DNA of 64,000 nt from a virus (Duplodnaviria; Caudoviricetes). The DNA lies in the IMG/VR virus record IMGVR_UViG_3300023170_000014, positions 1 to 64,000 of that record; one strand, 5' to 3'. A program made the translations under genes and the position numbers. The notes beneath the pieces were generated by a model that saw nothing but the letters and a program-made list of their open reading frames with translations, did no database searches and was not told where the DNA came from. Of the stretch, positions 17,146 to 26,909 are shown in pieces (positions within the stretch are counted from its first letter, which is position 1; each line of letters starts with the position of its first letter).

Positions 17146-18437
17146 TGAAAAAGCGATCCTATTTTGAAGAATTTAATGTTGAGCATGGATCAGATAATGT
17201 CAGTGAATATTTCTTAATAAAAGACGAAGATCAAATTATTGGTTCTGTTTACTATGCCCCTGTACCTAACGGCGACGGAACTGCAATTTTTTATTTGGGA
17301 TATGGCGACAAACTTCATCCTTATGAAAATACAAAAGAAATAGAAGAACTTAAAAGTAAATATCCTCGTCTTAGTGTAGAAATTTTTAAATGGATAAGAA
17401 AAAACTTGCCGCAACCTTACTATGCTGCATTTGCAAATGAAGAATTAAAAAGAGCATTAAGAGCAGAGCCTACTGGAATGAGAAGTGTTGATATAACAAC
17501 AGGAGAGCCAGTAGATATTCATATCATACGTCGTTCTAGTGAAAGGTTTATTATGAGTAGTAATGAAAAAGTTGATAGAGTAAAAGAAGCACTTAAAGAA
17601 AAAGATGATGAAGAATACAACAATGCAATGATTGATCTTTGGGAAAGTATTTCTCCGGGAATGGGTAAGCAATATATAGAAAAATATCATAGCCCCCCAA
17701 AAAGTGAAAAAGAATTAAAAGAGTGGGCAAATGAAGAATTAAAAAAAGCAGATCCTACGGGTACTAAAACAATGGATAAACCTGAACAAAGAAAAAAGAA
17801 ATCATCTGTTGACTTAACTCCCCCAGAGGGCGTTCGTGCTGCTGCTCGTAGAGGTATTAAATATCATTCTGAAGGAAAAGCGGGTAAAGGCTTTGAATCT
17901 GCGACTCTCACTCGCGCTCGCAAGATTGCAGAAGGAAAAGAATTAACCCCAGAGCATGTTAAGCGTATGCACTCTTTCTTTGAAAGACACGCTGGAGGTC
18001 GCTCAGAAAAGGCTGGCAAAGGCGAAGTTACACCTTGGGATGTTGCTTGGCTGGCTTGGGGCGGGAATGCAGGAAGATCTTGGGCTGCATCTAAAGTTAA
18101 AGAAATGGAAAGAAGTAAAGAATCTTCTAAGAAAAAACGGGGTTTTATGTTTAGCCCACAAAGAATTAAAGACGCTGTTGATAATAAAAATTTTAAAGAA
18201 GCCGAAAGGCTTTTAGAAGAATATAGGATGACGCTAGATGGTAGCAGAAATCCAAAAGAAATTAATGCTGTGTTAAAATCAATTAAAAACTTAAAAGAAT
18301 ATATTCAAAGAAACAAAGAGGCAAAGAGTAAATGTAATTGTTGGGATGGGTATAAAAGAGTGCCCGGAACAAAGCCTTGCGCTCCCGGCTCTTGTGAAAA
18401 ATGTGATAACCACAGAAAAAAGAAAAAGAAATCATAA
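17145..18437 (+). CDS. modular head-associated protein
   Basis: TAATG coupling; PPEGVRAAARRG..RMHSFFERH..VAWLAWGGNAGRSWA domain and CWDGYKRVPGTKPC motif seen in phage head proteins; K-x-S linkers. Confidence 0.7.
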   Translation: MKKRSYFEEFNVEHGSDNVSEYFLIKDEDQIIGSVYYAPVPNGDGTAIFYLGYGDKLHPYENTKEIEELKSKYPRLSVEIFKWIRKNLPQPYYAAFANEELKRALRAEPTGMRSVDITTGEPVDIHIIRRSSERFIMSSNEKVDRVKEALKEKDDEEYNNAMIDLWESISPGMGKQYIEKYHSPPKSEKELKEWANEELKKADPTGTKTMDKPEQRKKKSSVDLTPPEGVRAAARRGIKYHSEGKAGKGFESATLTRARKIAEGKELTPEHVKRMHSFFERHAGGRSEKAGKGEVTPWDVAWLAWGGNAGRSWAASKVKEMERSKESSKKKRGFMFSPQRIKDAVDNKNFKEAERLLEEYRMTLDGSRNPKEINAVLKSIKNLKEYIQRNKEAKSKCNCWDGYKRVPGTKPCAPGSCEKCDNHRKKKKKS

Positions 18438-18475
18438 AATATGATATTATGTTAGTATAAAGTTAGGAGATTAAT

Positions 18476-19243
18476 GTGGATAAAGTTGCAGTAGTTATGT
18501 TAAATTATAATATGCCCGAAATTATTGAGCATAATATAAAAGTGTTAAAAACATCAGAAGTGCCGATGGATATTATTGTTGTTGAAAATGGTTCAGATGA
18601 AGAGTGGATGTTTGCTCCAAACGACGACGATATCCATATGGTTTATTTGGATTATAATTTGAGAGCCACACATGGCTATAGAATGGGTTTAACATATGCA
18701 AAGTCCCTTGAAGCATTAAATTGGGAAAATTATTTTGCCTATTTTATTATGACAACTACAGGGCAACTTGTTGAGGGAACAGATCCTTTATTGCCTCTTT
18801 ACACTTTCTTAAAAGAAAATGATAATGCTGTTATTGTGCAAGCCGCTCATGATGAGTCTTCAATTGGATTTTGGAAGCATCTTAGAAATAGAGGAACGGG
18901 TCAGCCTCGCCAAACTTGGATGATGGAACATTCTTGTGCTTTATTTAGAGCAGACTGGTTTGATGAATCTAACTGGCTACACCCTCTGTTATTAATTCAT
19001 GGAACTGATCTTTACTACTCTTGGCAAGCACGAAAAGATGGAAGAGGCATTTATGTCCATGAGGGGCTAGAAATGCATCGTCATAATAATAATATGTTTG
19101 AACTTGGCCGCGCTCCTGAATCTGATCCTGCTGAAAGAACTAGATTAGCAAGAAACGCTATGGATCAAGCCTTATCTATTGAGATGGGCGAGAATTGGGA
19201 AGAGCGGCTAATGAAAGAGTTTGTTCAAGAAGAATGGCTATAA
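18476..19243 (+). CDS. glycosyltransferase, GT2-like (GT-A fold)
   Basis: VAVVMLNYN..IIVVENGS..N...GY..GL..GTDLYYSWQARKDGRGIYV pattern. Confidence 0.7.
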   Translation: MDKVAVVMLNYNMPEIIEHNIKVLKTSEVPMDIIVVENGSDEEWMFAPNDDDIHMVYLDYNLRATHGYRMGLTYAKSLEALNWENYFAYFIMTTTGQLVEGTDPLLPLYTFLKENDNAVIVQAAHDESSIGFWKHLRNRGTGQPRQTWMMEHSCALFRADWFDESNWLHPLLLIHGTDLYYSWQARKDGRGIYVHEGLEMHRHNNNMFELGRAPESDPAERTRLARNAMDQALSIEMGENWEERLMKEFVQEEWL

Positions 19244-19244
19244 G

Positions 19245-19658
19245 ATGGATGAAAAGAGTGAGTATTATTGTTACTTTCCAACAGTAAATATAGATAAAAA
19301 ATATGCTTACTCTTTAGTTTATGCAAGATACCCCAATCAACGTGAAAACCTCATCGTGATTGGGGTTATTGCTATTTCAGATAAAAACAAAGATCAATTT
19401 GTCTTACAATTTTTCAAAGATAGAGATATAAAAATGTTTTTTGAAGAAGAAATTTTAGACAAATTTGATTTATTTTCTGAAAGTTGGTTAGTACACATGA
19501 GTTTTAAAAATTTTCATGAACCATTTTTCATTGGCAAACCTTTTGTTATAGCAAGTAATTCTGCTGAAGATATTTGCAAAAAAATTCACAATAAATATGA
19601 ACAAACTGGCTATATAATTAAAGATGATATAACTGATGTTCGTTTTGAACTTGATTAG
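19245..19658 (+). CDS. hypothetical protein
   Basis: ATG immediately after the GT stop. Confidence 0.6.
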   Translation: MDEKSEYYCYFPTVNIDKKYAYSLVYARYPNQRENLIVIGVIAISDKNKDQFVLQFFKDRDIKMFFEEEILDKFDLFSESWLVHMSFKNFHEPFFIGKPFVIASNSAEDICKKIHNKYEQTGYIIKDDITDVRFELD

Positions 19659-19702
19659 TCCTATTAGCGATAGATTAATTATAGAAACATCTAGGAGATA
19701 AA

Positions 19703-20581
19703 ATGGGTACAGCCGGTGCTGAAAGAACCTCTCAATTAAATTTATACTATTGGGAAGACTTATCAGATTTTTATAATCATATTGAACTATATAATAATTG
19801 GTTAGTTGTAGATGCTGCTCTTGTAAAAAAGAAATACGGAGGAACTGCAAACTTTACTTATGGTGATTATGCTGAAGATATAAGATTTGCAGGAACTGCC
19901 GGATTAGGTTCAAGCGCTATTTCTGTTAGATCAGGAACAGTAACTGGAGCAGGGACTTCATCTCCGGGGACATTAAGTGCTGCCGATACTCATGATAGAT
20001 TTAATATTTTAACTGGAGGTACTGTAAATTGGGGCAGTGGTGGAACTACTACTGACGTTTCTTTATACAGAAGTGGTGGAAGCGCTCTTACATTATCAGG
20101 AACTTTAAGTGTTGATTCACTTGGACTTCCAACTGGAGGAAATATTAGTCAAACTGAAGCCAGTTTAGCATCAGATTCTTTTCTTCAATCTTCAGTAACA
20201 GGAGACACAGATAATAGATTTTCTATTACTACAGCAGGAAGTGTTGATTGGGGTAGCGGAGTTGCTGCAACAGATGTTAACCTCTACAGGCTAGGAGTTG
20301 GTACAATTGCAACAAACGGAGTTTTTGCAACAAACGGAATAAGTTCAACATCTGGCACTGGAGGAACAACTGTTTTTTATTCTAATGTTAAGTTAACTGG
20401 CAATAAATTTGGAGTCTTTGGTTCCGCTTCTGTCCAATCTATAGGATGGGGAAGTGGACCAAGCAACGTCAGTGCAGGAACAAAAACTTATGATGCAAAT
20501 GCTGTTAGTATCGGAGAACTTGCTGATACATTAGGAAATCTTATTGTTGCATTAAGAGACTATGGAATTTTAGGGGCATAA
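19703..20581 (+). CDS. Gly/Ser/Thr-rich virion fibre-like protein
   Basis: internal duplication DRFNILTGGTVNWGSGGTTTDVSLYR / NRFSITTAGSVDWGSGVAATDVNLYR; adjacent to tail-collar gene. Confidence 0.65.
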   Translation: MGTAGAERTSQLNLYYWEDLSDFYNHIELYNNWLVVDAALVKKKYGGTANFTYGDYAEDIRFAGTAGLGSSAISVRSGTVTGAGTSSPGTLSAADTHDRFNILTGGTVNWGSGGTTTDVSLYRSGGSALTLSGTLSVDSLGLPTGGNISQTEASLASDSFLQSSVTGDTDNRFSITTAGSVDWGSGVAATDVNLYRLGVGTIATNGVFATNGISSTSGTGGTTVFYSNVKLTGNKFGVFGSASVQSIGWGSGPSNVSAGTKTYDANAVSIGELADTLGNLIVALRDYGILGA

Positions 20582-20582
20582 A

Positions 20583-21374
20583 ATGGCTATATTTGGAGAT
20601 ATTTCCTCAGACGAACTTAAAGATTATTATTATATACCACCATCAACTATCTTTCCTTATGCGGGGACTGCTACAGGAAGTGCCCCGGCTGGCTGGCTTT
20701 TCTGTGATGGCGCCTCTGTAGGAACAGCAACTTATCCAGATTTATTCGCAGTAATTGGATATAGTTATGGCGGGAGTGGAGCGTCTTTTACCATTCCTGA
20801 TCTTAGAGGTCGTGTAATTGCTGGTAGAGACATAGATAATGGTTCTGGCACTGCTGGAAGATTAAGCACAATGGGCAGTGGTGGAACGGTAAGTGCTGTT
20901 GCTGGGGGTGCTGAAACACACACTTTAGGAACTGGAGAAATGCCAGCGCACACTCATGGGACAAGTGCTTTAACATCAGGAGTAACAGATGCTACTGGTG
21001 GGCACAATCACTCTGTAAGTGGTAATACTGGATCTACAGATTTAAGTCACACACACAATGTCGTTCCCGGAGCAGGAGTTGATCATGTTTTCTTACGACC
21101 AACTTCTCCATCTGAATACGTTAGATTATATTCAAGTGGTGCTTCTGGTCCCGGATATACAACATTGGGCCAAGGATCAAGAGGTATGAGTGTAAATCTT
21201 CTTAATCAGGCGGCTTCATTAAATCACACACATACTTTTGTAGCCTCAACATCTTCTGTTGGAAGCCACACTCACAATGTCTCTGGAAATATTGTAACCA
21301 ATTCTGTTGGTAGCGGAAATGCTCACAACAACGTACAACCAACAATGGTTATGAACTACATTATTAAAGTTTAA
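20583..21374 (+). CDS. tail-collar domain fibre protein
   Basis: PPSTIFPYAG..APAGWLFCDG..YPDLFAVIG..FTIPDLRGRV; HxH repeats; AHNNVQPTMVMNYIIK end. Confidence 0.9.
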   Translation: MAIFGDISSDELKDYYYIPPSTIFPYAGTATGSAPAGWLFCDGASVGTATYPDLFAVIGYSYGGSGASFTIPDLRGRVIAGRDIDNGSGTAGRLSTMGSGGTVSAVAGGAETHTLGTGEMPAHTHGTSALTSGVTDATGGHNHSVSGNTGSTDLSHTHNVVPGAGVDHVFLRPTSPSEYVRLYSSGASGPGYTTLGQGSRGMSVNLLNQAASLNHTHTFVASTSSVGSHTHNVSGNIVTNSVGSGNAHNNVQPTMVMNYIIKV

Positions 21375-21376
21375 AT

Positions 21377-21511
21377 ATGGAACACTTAACTATAGAAAAA
21401 GTAGCAAATCTAATCGGGCAATTGCAATTAAATATCCTAGATTTACAATCTTATGTAGAAAAACTAGAACAAAAAATTGCCGAATTAGAATCTAAAAACA
21501 TAAAAAACTAG
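21377..21511 (+). CDS. small coiled-coil protein (44 aa, not in ORF track)
   Basis: MEHLTIEKVANLIGQLQLNILDLQSYVEKLEQKIAELESKNIKN. Confidence 0.5.
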   Translation: MEHLTIEKVANLIGQLQLNILDLQSYVEKLEQKIAELESKNIKN

Positions 21512-21571
21512 AATTTTGCCTGTACCTTAAGAATAATATGTAGGTTACAGTTAGAACAAGGAGTATATTTA

Positions 21572-22198
21572 ATGTACAAAACTGCAATTGCTCACGTTGA
21601 AGGTGAACTTTCATACGATGAGGCTCTAAATAATTTTAAAACTGCTTATCCAACATACGATGTTAGAGCAGTTAAGCAATCTAATTATGGTTGGATTGCC
21701 TTTATTCAAAAAGAAGCATATCAAGATCAAAATGTTCAAGATGGCGTTCCTGCTGAAATGGATGAACTTTCAAGTCCCGGCGCTGATTCTGAAATGCTAG
21801 AAGTTGAAATTGGCGAAGGTCCAAAAGAAACTTATGGCGAAGAAGAAGAAAAGCAAGAAGGGCTTATGGAAAAACTAGAAGAGGCTCTTGATGAAGTAGA
21901 GCGTCTAGTTTCTGAAATTAAAGATTCTGAAGAAGATGAAGAAGAGGTTAGACCATTTGACACTCCAGAAGAGATGGATGACGAATTGGATCTAGAAGAA
22001 GATGTTGAAGAGATGGAAGGTATTGAAAAAGAAATGCCTCTTACCATCGCAAGAGAAAAAGAAGCCGGTGTAACTCTAAAAACTGCCTCTAGAGAAGTAG
22101 AACAACTAATTAGAAGAGAAAGAGAATTTAGAGGATACAAATTAGCAGGAATTGAAGAAAAGAAAAATAGTTTTGTTGCAAAACTTGTTAAGAAGTAA
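21572..22198 (+). CDS. acidic head morphogenesis protein
   Basis: AAGGAG RBS; Glu-rich; several KTA/KEA/KQS/KLA motifs; precedes the protease gene. Confidence 0.65.
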   Translation: MYKTAIAHVEGELSYDEALNNFKTAYPTYDVRAVKQSNYGWIAFIQKEAYQDQNVQDGVPAEMDELSSPGADSEMLEVEIGEGPKETYGEEEEKQEGLMEKLEEALDEVERLVSEIKDSEEDEEEVRPFDTPEEMDDELDLEEDVEEMEGIEKEMPLTIAREKEAGVTLKTASREVEQLIRREREFRGYKLAGIEEKKNSFVAKLVKK

Positions 22199-22200
22199 GC

Positions 22201-22458
22201 ATGATTCAAAGAAATGAATGGGTTCCTGCATCGGAATTCGTTATAAGAGAAATGAATAGTTTGAGAGGTAAAATGTGTTCTGTAGTGGAAGGAATGCATC
22301 TGCCTGAAAAACAAGAACGCGCAGCAATTGCTTTAATTAAACAACTTTCATATCAAACGCAAGATACTCTTGCTCAATTGATTGAACATTCTGCCGGTTC
22401 TGCTCAATTTAGGTATCAAAATGAAAAAATTGAAGTTTTACCGGGAACCGTTGTATAG
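22201..22458 (+). CDS. hypothetical protein
   Basis: 85 aa ORF in the head operon. Confidence 0.6.
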   Translation: MIQRNEWVPASEFVIREMNSLRGKMCSVVEGMHLPEKQERAAIALIKQLSYQTQDTLAQLIEHSAGSAQFRYQNEKIEVLPGTVV

Positions 22459-22470
22459 ATTGAGGAAAAT

Positions 22471-25218
22471 ATGATAACTAAATATACAAATTGTGAAGTT
22501 ATTGAAGTTAAGAGTGCAGATGAAAAAATAGAAGGGAATGCAAAGTTTTCTTCTTTTGATCATATTCCTAAAGATACTTATCGAACGAACGATGGGTATG
22601 TTTATGTTAAAGTTAGGGCTATTTCCTCAAGAGTAAATAAAAACTTTGATGGTTGGCCGGTTAATGAACTTGCTGGGATGGATGAGGAAGAGTTTAGAAA
22701 GTTAACTTCTAAAATAGAAAAAGAAGCAGGAAGCAGTCTCAAGAAATGGCAAAAAGAATTAAAAGGTAGAGGTTTTTCTTTTAACAAAAGTGGTGGTGGA
22801 CACATAAAGATAACTCACCAAGATCATCCAACAGGTAAAAATGTTGTGATGGCTAGTACTCCGACTGTTGAAGAGCATGAAATTGATAATACTACAAAAA
22901 TTTTAGCCCAGAAGTTTCCAAAAGAAATGAAGGGCTTTGTATTTAAAGGTAAGAGATACGCTTCTTTAGATCGTCTAACTTTTACCAAAGATAGCGCAAT
23001 CAAATCTAAAGGCGATTATGGATTTAGAACCTTTATTGGACGACCAATTTTTATTGATCACAATAATTCTGATCCTGAAAGAACAAGAGGCGTTATTGTA
23101 GATGCAATGCTACATATTGAACCTGCACATAAAATTTCTAGCGATTCATACTGGGGAGATGCGCCAAGTAACCACAAACCCGAAACTTGGATTGAACTTT
23201 TGTTAGAGGTTGATGCCAAGTCTTTCCCTAAACTAGCAAGCGCTCTTATTGAAGGTAAAGTCAATGCAGTTTCAATGGGTTGCAATGTTGAATATACTGT
23301 TTGTTCTGTCTGTAACCATAAAGCAGCAAATGTAGATGAATATTGTAATCATATTAAGAAAAAGGGAACTACATTTAAAACTGGTAATGTAAGCAAACTC
23401 GCTTACGAAGATTGTTATAATGTAAATTTCTTTGAAATATCTGCCGTATTTGATCCAGCAGATGTTACTGCATTATTTACTGAGCCTGTTAAAACAAGTC
23501 ATACAAAAACTGCAATGGATCTGCCAGAACATCACTCAGAAGTAATAAAAGCGGTTGAAGATTTGATGGATATTGTTAGAAGAGAAGCAGAAATGGTTGA
23601 AGATAAAATTACAGCCGGGTTAGATCCATTAACTCTTGAAGAAGAAAGACCTTTTATTGAAGAATTTGATGAAACTTTTAAAATTTTAATTGATAAATTA
23701 AAAAATCTAGAAGGTTCTTATGAATTAAATGAAGTATATCAACTTTTTAAAAGATACAAAGATTTTTATGAAAAGGTCGCTGAAAAAGTAGAGTCTTGGC
23801 ACGAATTGCCAAAAAAAGCCTTTGATATGTATGATCAATTAGCAAACACTTGGCACAAAAGACTTAACGATTGGGTAAAAGTTTTTGCACATCCTGCTAA
23901 AAAAGTACAAGAGACTTCACTTCTTGAAATGCAAGAAAATTATGACAGAAGTTTAAGCAATGAAGATTTAGACTTTTTAATGGATACTGGAATTGATCCA
24001 AATTCATTAAATAAAAGCAGTCATCGCTTAAAAGATGCCAATCCCGAAACTAAAGAAGTAGAAACAATTTTTTCTAAGGCTTCGTCTGTAGAAAAACAGG
24101 CGGATTCTATAACTGCTCCTAATAAGGTTGATACACTCAAGACTGAAAAACCTTGTCCTATCGGCCTAGCAGGAGAGTGTGGGCTTGATGATGAATCAGG
24201 TAGATGTGAGAAATGTGGTTATCGTGAGCCACCAGCGCCTCTAGATGATCCAGATTTATCAAAAGCGAAGGACTTTGATCGTCAGAAGGAAGAACAAAAA
24301 GATGAAACCCGAGATGAAACCAAAGACCTTATTGATCAGTTAAAGAGAACACTATCAAAAAATCAAAAACGGAGTGTTAATAGTAAGATGAATGAAAATA
24401 CAAAAATAACACTTACGGCAAATGTTGAAGAGGTTCCAAGCGACGAAAAACTAGCCGATCTTGGTTGGATTCTTCCAGAAAAAGAGGCCGGTGTCGCTTC
24501 TAATACGGTTCCTGTAGCAGAAGATGGTCAATCCGCTTCTGATAGACCAAAGGAGCAGAGAGTGATTTCAGATCAGAAAAAACCTGTTGAAAGCACTACT
24601 AAGGTCGCTTTAGGTGAATTGCCACAAATTCCACAACCGAATGGTGGCGATTCTTCTCCGCAATACAAAGGTGATAAAAATAATCAAACTTCAGGAATTT
24701 CTGAACACGAACCATCACCTATGGCTGAACAATATCAGAGTGTAAAGCGAGAAGTTGAACAACCTCAATATGCCGACGAGGGTTATACGAAAGATATTAA
24801 AAACCATAACCCAAGTACGATGCCAGAACAGTATCAAAAGGTTAAGAAAACGGTTGACAAACCGCAGTACTCCGATGAGCCGGGAACTTCAGGTATTTCG
24901 GAACATCATGCAGAGTTGCACAAAAGCAACGTCGAATCTCCAGTTCTAGCCGCTATTAAGTTAGCAGATCTAGAAGTAGAACTAGGCTTAAACGACGCGG
25001 AGATGAAGTATGCAAGAGTTGCTGAGTTAGAGAATGAAGACCTAACAATTGTACAGGCCAAGTATGAGACTCTTTCAAAGATTAAAGAGGCTGGCCTTAC
25101 AAAGAAAGAGGCTTCTTCTAATAAAAAATTGGCAAGTTTTCCCTCATTGAAGGGCGTCAAGGAATCTTCAGTAACAAGTTCTGCTGGTAGCCTCCCTGAC
25201 GATGCTATTTTTGGCTAA
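22471..25218 (+). CDS. prohead (capsid maturation) protease-scaffold fusion with inserted HicA-like domain
   Basis: RVNKNFDGWP..TFIGRPIFIDHNN..RGVIVDA..VSMGCNVEYTVCSVC..YCNHI..FFEISAVFDPAD, as in Bxz1-type/HK97-like proteases; charged scaffold-like C-terminus; upstream of capsid genes. Confidence 0.85.
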   Translation: MITKYTNCEVIEVKSADEKIEGNAKFSSFDHIPKDTYRTNDGYVYVKVRAISSRVNKNFDGWPVNELAGMDEEEFRKLTSKIEKEAGSSLKKWQKELKGRGFSFNKSGGGHIKITHQDHPTGKNVVMASTPTVEEHEIDNTTKILAQKFPKEMKGFVFKGKRYASLDRLTFTKDSAIKSKGDYGFRTFIGRPIFIDHNNSDPERTRGVIVDAMLHIEPAHKISSDSYWGDAPSNHKPETWIELLLEVDAKSFPKLASALIEGKVNAVSMGCNVEYTVCSVCNHKAANVDEYCNHIKKKGTTFKTGNVSKLAYEDCYNVNFFEISAVFDPADVTALFTEPVKTSHTKTAMDLPEHHSEVIKAVEDLMDIVRREAEMVEDKITAGLDPLTLEEERPFIEEFDETFKILIDKLKNLEGSYELNEVYQLFKRYKDFYEKVAEKVESWHELPKKAFDMYDQLANTWHKRLNDWVKVFAHPAKKVQETSLLEMQENYDRSLSNEDLDFLMDTGIDPNSLNKSSHRLKDANPETKEVETIFSKASSVEKQADSITAPNKVDTLKTEKPCPIGLAGECGLDDESGRCEKCGYREPPAPLDDPDLSKAKDFDRQKEEQKDETRDETKDLIDQLKRTLSKNQKRSVNSKMNENTKITLTANVEEVPSDEKLADLGWILPEKEAGVASNTVPVAEDGQSASDRPKEQRVISDQKKPVESTTKVALGELPQIPQPNGGDSSPQYKGDKNNQTSGISEHEPSPMAEQYQSVKREVEQPQYADEGYTKDIKNHNPSTMPEQYQKVKKTVDKPQYSDEPGTSGISEHHAELHKSNVESPVLAAIKLADLEVELGLNDAEMKYARVAELENEDLTIVQAKYETLSKIKEAGLTKKEASSNKKLASFPSLKGVKESSVTSSAGSLPDDAIFG
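24655..24909 (+). repeat. tandem ~33 aa repeat in scaffold (PQY..SGISEH.PS.M.EQYQ.VK..V)
   Basis: 2.5 imperfect copies visible in translation. Confidence 0.7.
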
Positions 25219-25275
25219 TTAGCCATAACTCAATTTATGAGATTAATTCAAAAGGTTTTTAGGAGGAAGATTTAA

Positions 25276-25824
25276 ATGCTTCGAATTCAAAATATTTCAG
25301 CAGCAAATCAGCAACGTACCCTCCGCGCTTTGTATGCACAAACTCAAGCGTATCCATACGCCGCAGTTCTGTCATCAAGCACTTACGGTACTGCTGGTAC
25401 TGCTACCGGAGACTTTTCAAAAGGCTCTGGAACTGCACCCGGAACTCTTGGTAACGGGCCAATCTTCCCCGGCATGGTAGCCGCACTCGCCCCCGCTGGC
25501 GAAGTTGTGTGTGTATCAGTCGGTGGAACTGCCCTTTCACCATTCGGGCTATTTGGTAACTTTATCGGTGGAGAATTTGACGAAGTTGGAGACTTTACCG
25601 AAGTCGGTGTTTGGCGCGGTCCAGCAGCCGTGTTTGAAGTGCTTTCACCAGCATTTAACTCAAACATTACTGCTGCCGATGAAGACACTGATGCAAATCG
25701 TAAACTATATGCTGACGCTAACGGTCTTCTCAACGACACAGAAGTAGATTCTGGCCCTGCCGTTGCAAGACTTATTGACTATGTAAGTGCTAGCAAGATC
25801 GTAATCGAACTGTTGAGTGTCTAA
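25276..25824 (+). CDS. capsid decoration/cement protein
   Basis: AGGAGG RBS; lies between scaffold and MCP; IFPGMVAA..PFGLFGNF..VGVW pattern; high-expression codon usage. Confidence 0.7.
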   Translation: MLRIQNISAANQQRTLRALYAQTQAYPYAAVLSSSTYGTAGTATGDFSKGSGTAPGTLGNGPIFPGMVAALAPAGEVVCVSVGGTALSPFGLFGNFIGGEFDEVGDFTEVGVWRGPAAVFEVLSPAFNSNITAADEDTDANRKLYADANGLLNDTEVDSGPAVARLIDYVSASKIVIELLSV

Positions 25825-25837
25825 GGAGAGTATGATA

Positions 25838-26803
25838 ATGGATGAAGCAAGACAGGCAATTAACAGCAGTGACTACGTTCAAAAACTTGCTGGTATGCCA
25901 AAATTAACAAATGAACAAAAGAAAGCAAAACTACAGACCATTCTTTCAGACAAATCAAACGCTATGAAGCGTCTTGGTGTCGCTATGATTGGTCCAATTC
26001 AAATTCGTCTTCGCTACGAAGGTATTGTTCGTAACGTGCTTGTAGAAGACACCTTGGAAAAGGGTCCACTCTTGCCTTACGACGTTCTTGATGACTTTGG
26101 ACAGGCTTATATTCTTAACCAGACTGACTCAGAAATCAAGATCACTCCCTTCGAAGGTAAGCAGGTTTACCCAAGACTCTTCAGAGTCGCCGCGTTCCCT
26201 CGCGTTCGCAAGGAAGACCTGTACTACCTCCGCGTAAACGCAATTGAATATGCCCAAGATGAATGTCGTCAGGCTATTCAGCGTCAAGAAGACTCACGCC
26301 TCTTGACCTTGCTTGACACCGCTGTAACTGACTGGGCTGCCAAGGAACCAAACCGCTATGCAGGTTCTGGTGGTACTGGTTCAACCACCAAGTCAATTGG
26401 TGCTGGAAACCCACTAGAAGTTGTTGACTTCTACGACCTAGTTGCTAACCTAGAGCAGCGTCAAATCGAAACCAAGCGTATTCTTATGAATCCTGCTGAC
26501 GTTCGTGACCTCTACTCATGGGACATTAACGTAACTGGTTGGCAATTCAAGGACACCGTATTCGGTGGTGGCATGATTACTGAGTTTGGTGAGTTCACCA
26601 TTCAGAAGTCAATCATGATTTCACCCGGTAACGTATACCTAGTCCCAGACCCCAACTTCTTGGGTGTCATGCCCGTCATGTACTCACTTGACGTTGAAGA
26701 GAACAACCAAGTTGAACAATTCTACCGTGGATGGGTAATGGATGAGTTGATCGGAATGCTTATCCTCAACCCCAGAGGTCTTGCCAAGATTGTCAAGGCT
26801 TAA
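25838..26803 (+). CDS. major capsid protein (HK97 fold, mycobacteriophage Bxz1-like)
   Basis: RLGVAMIGPIQIRLRYEGIVRNVLVED..YDVLDD..FPRVRKEDLY..AIQRQEDSRL..PVMYSLDVEE..GWVMDELIGMLILNPRGL; AAGGAG RBS favours ATG 25832/25838. Confidence 0.92.
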   Translation: MDEARQAINSSDYVQKLAGMPKLTNEQKKAKLQTILSDKSNAMKRLGVAMIGPIQIRLRYEGIVRNVLVEDTLEKGPLLPYDVLDDFGQAYILNQTDSEIKITPFEGKQVYPRLFRVAAFPRVRKEDLYYLRVNAIEYAQDECRQAIQRQEDSRLLTLLDTAVTDWAAKEPNRYAGSGGTGSTTKSIGAGNPLEVVDFYDLVANLEQRQIETKRILMNPADVRDLYSWDINVTGWQFKDTVFGGGMITEFGEFTIQKSIMISPGNVYLVPDPNFLGVMPVMYSLDVEENNQVEQFYRGWVMDELIGMLILNPRGLAKIVKA

Positions 26804-26840
26804 TTGTAGCAATTGTTTGATATTTTTAATAAAATGTGTT

Positions 26841-26883
26841 AAAGTAGGGGGGATGGTAAACTATCATCCCCCCTATTTACTTT
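26841..26883 (+). terminator. intrinsic terminator after MCP
   Basis: TAGGGGGGATG ... CATCCCCCCTA stem followed by TTTACTTT. Confidence 0.8.
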
Positions 26884-26909
26884 AAAGTAAGGTTAAGGAG
26901 AAAGAAAAT

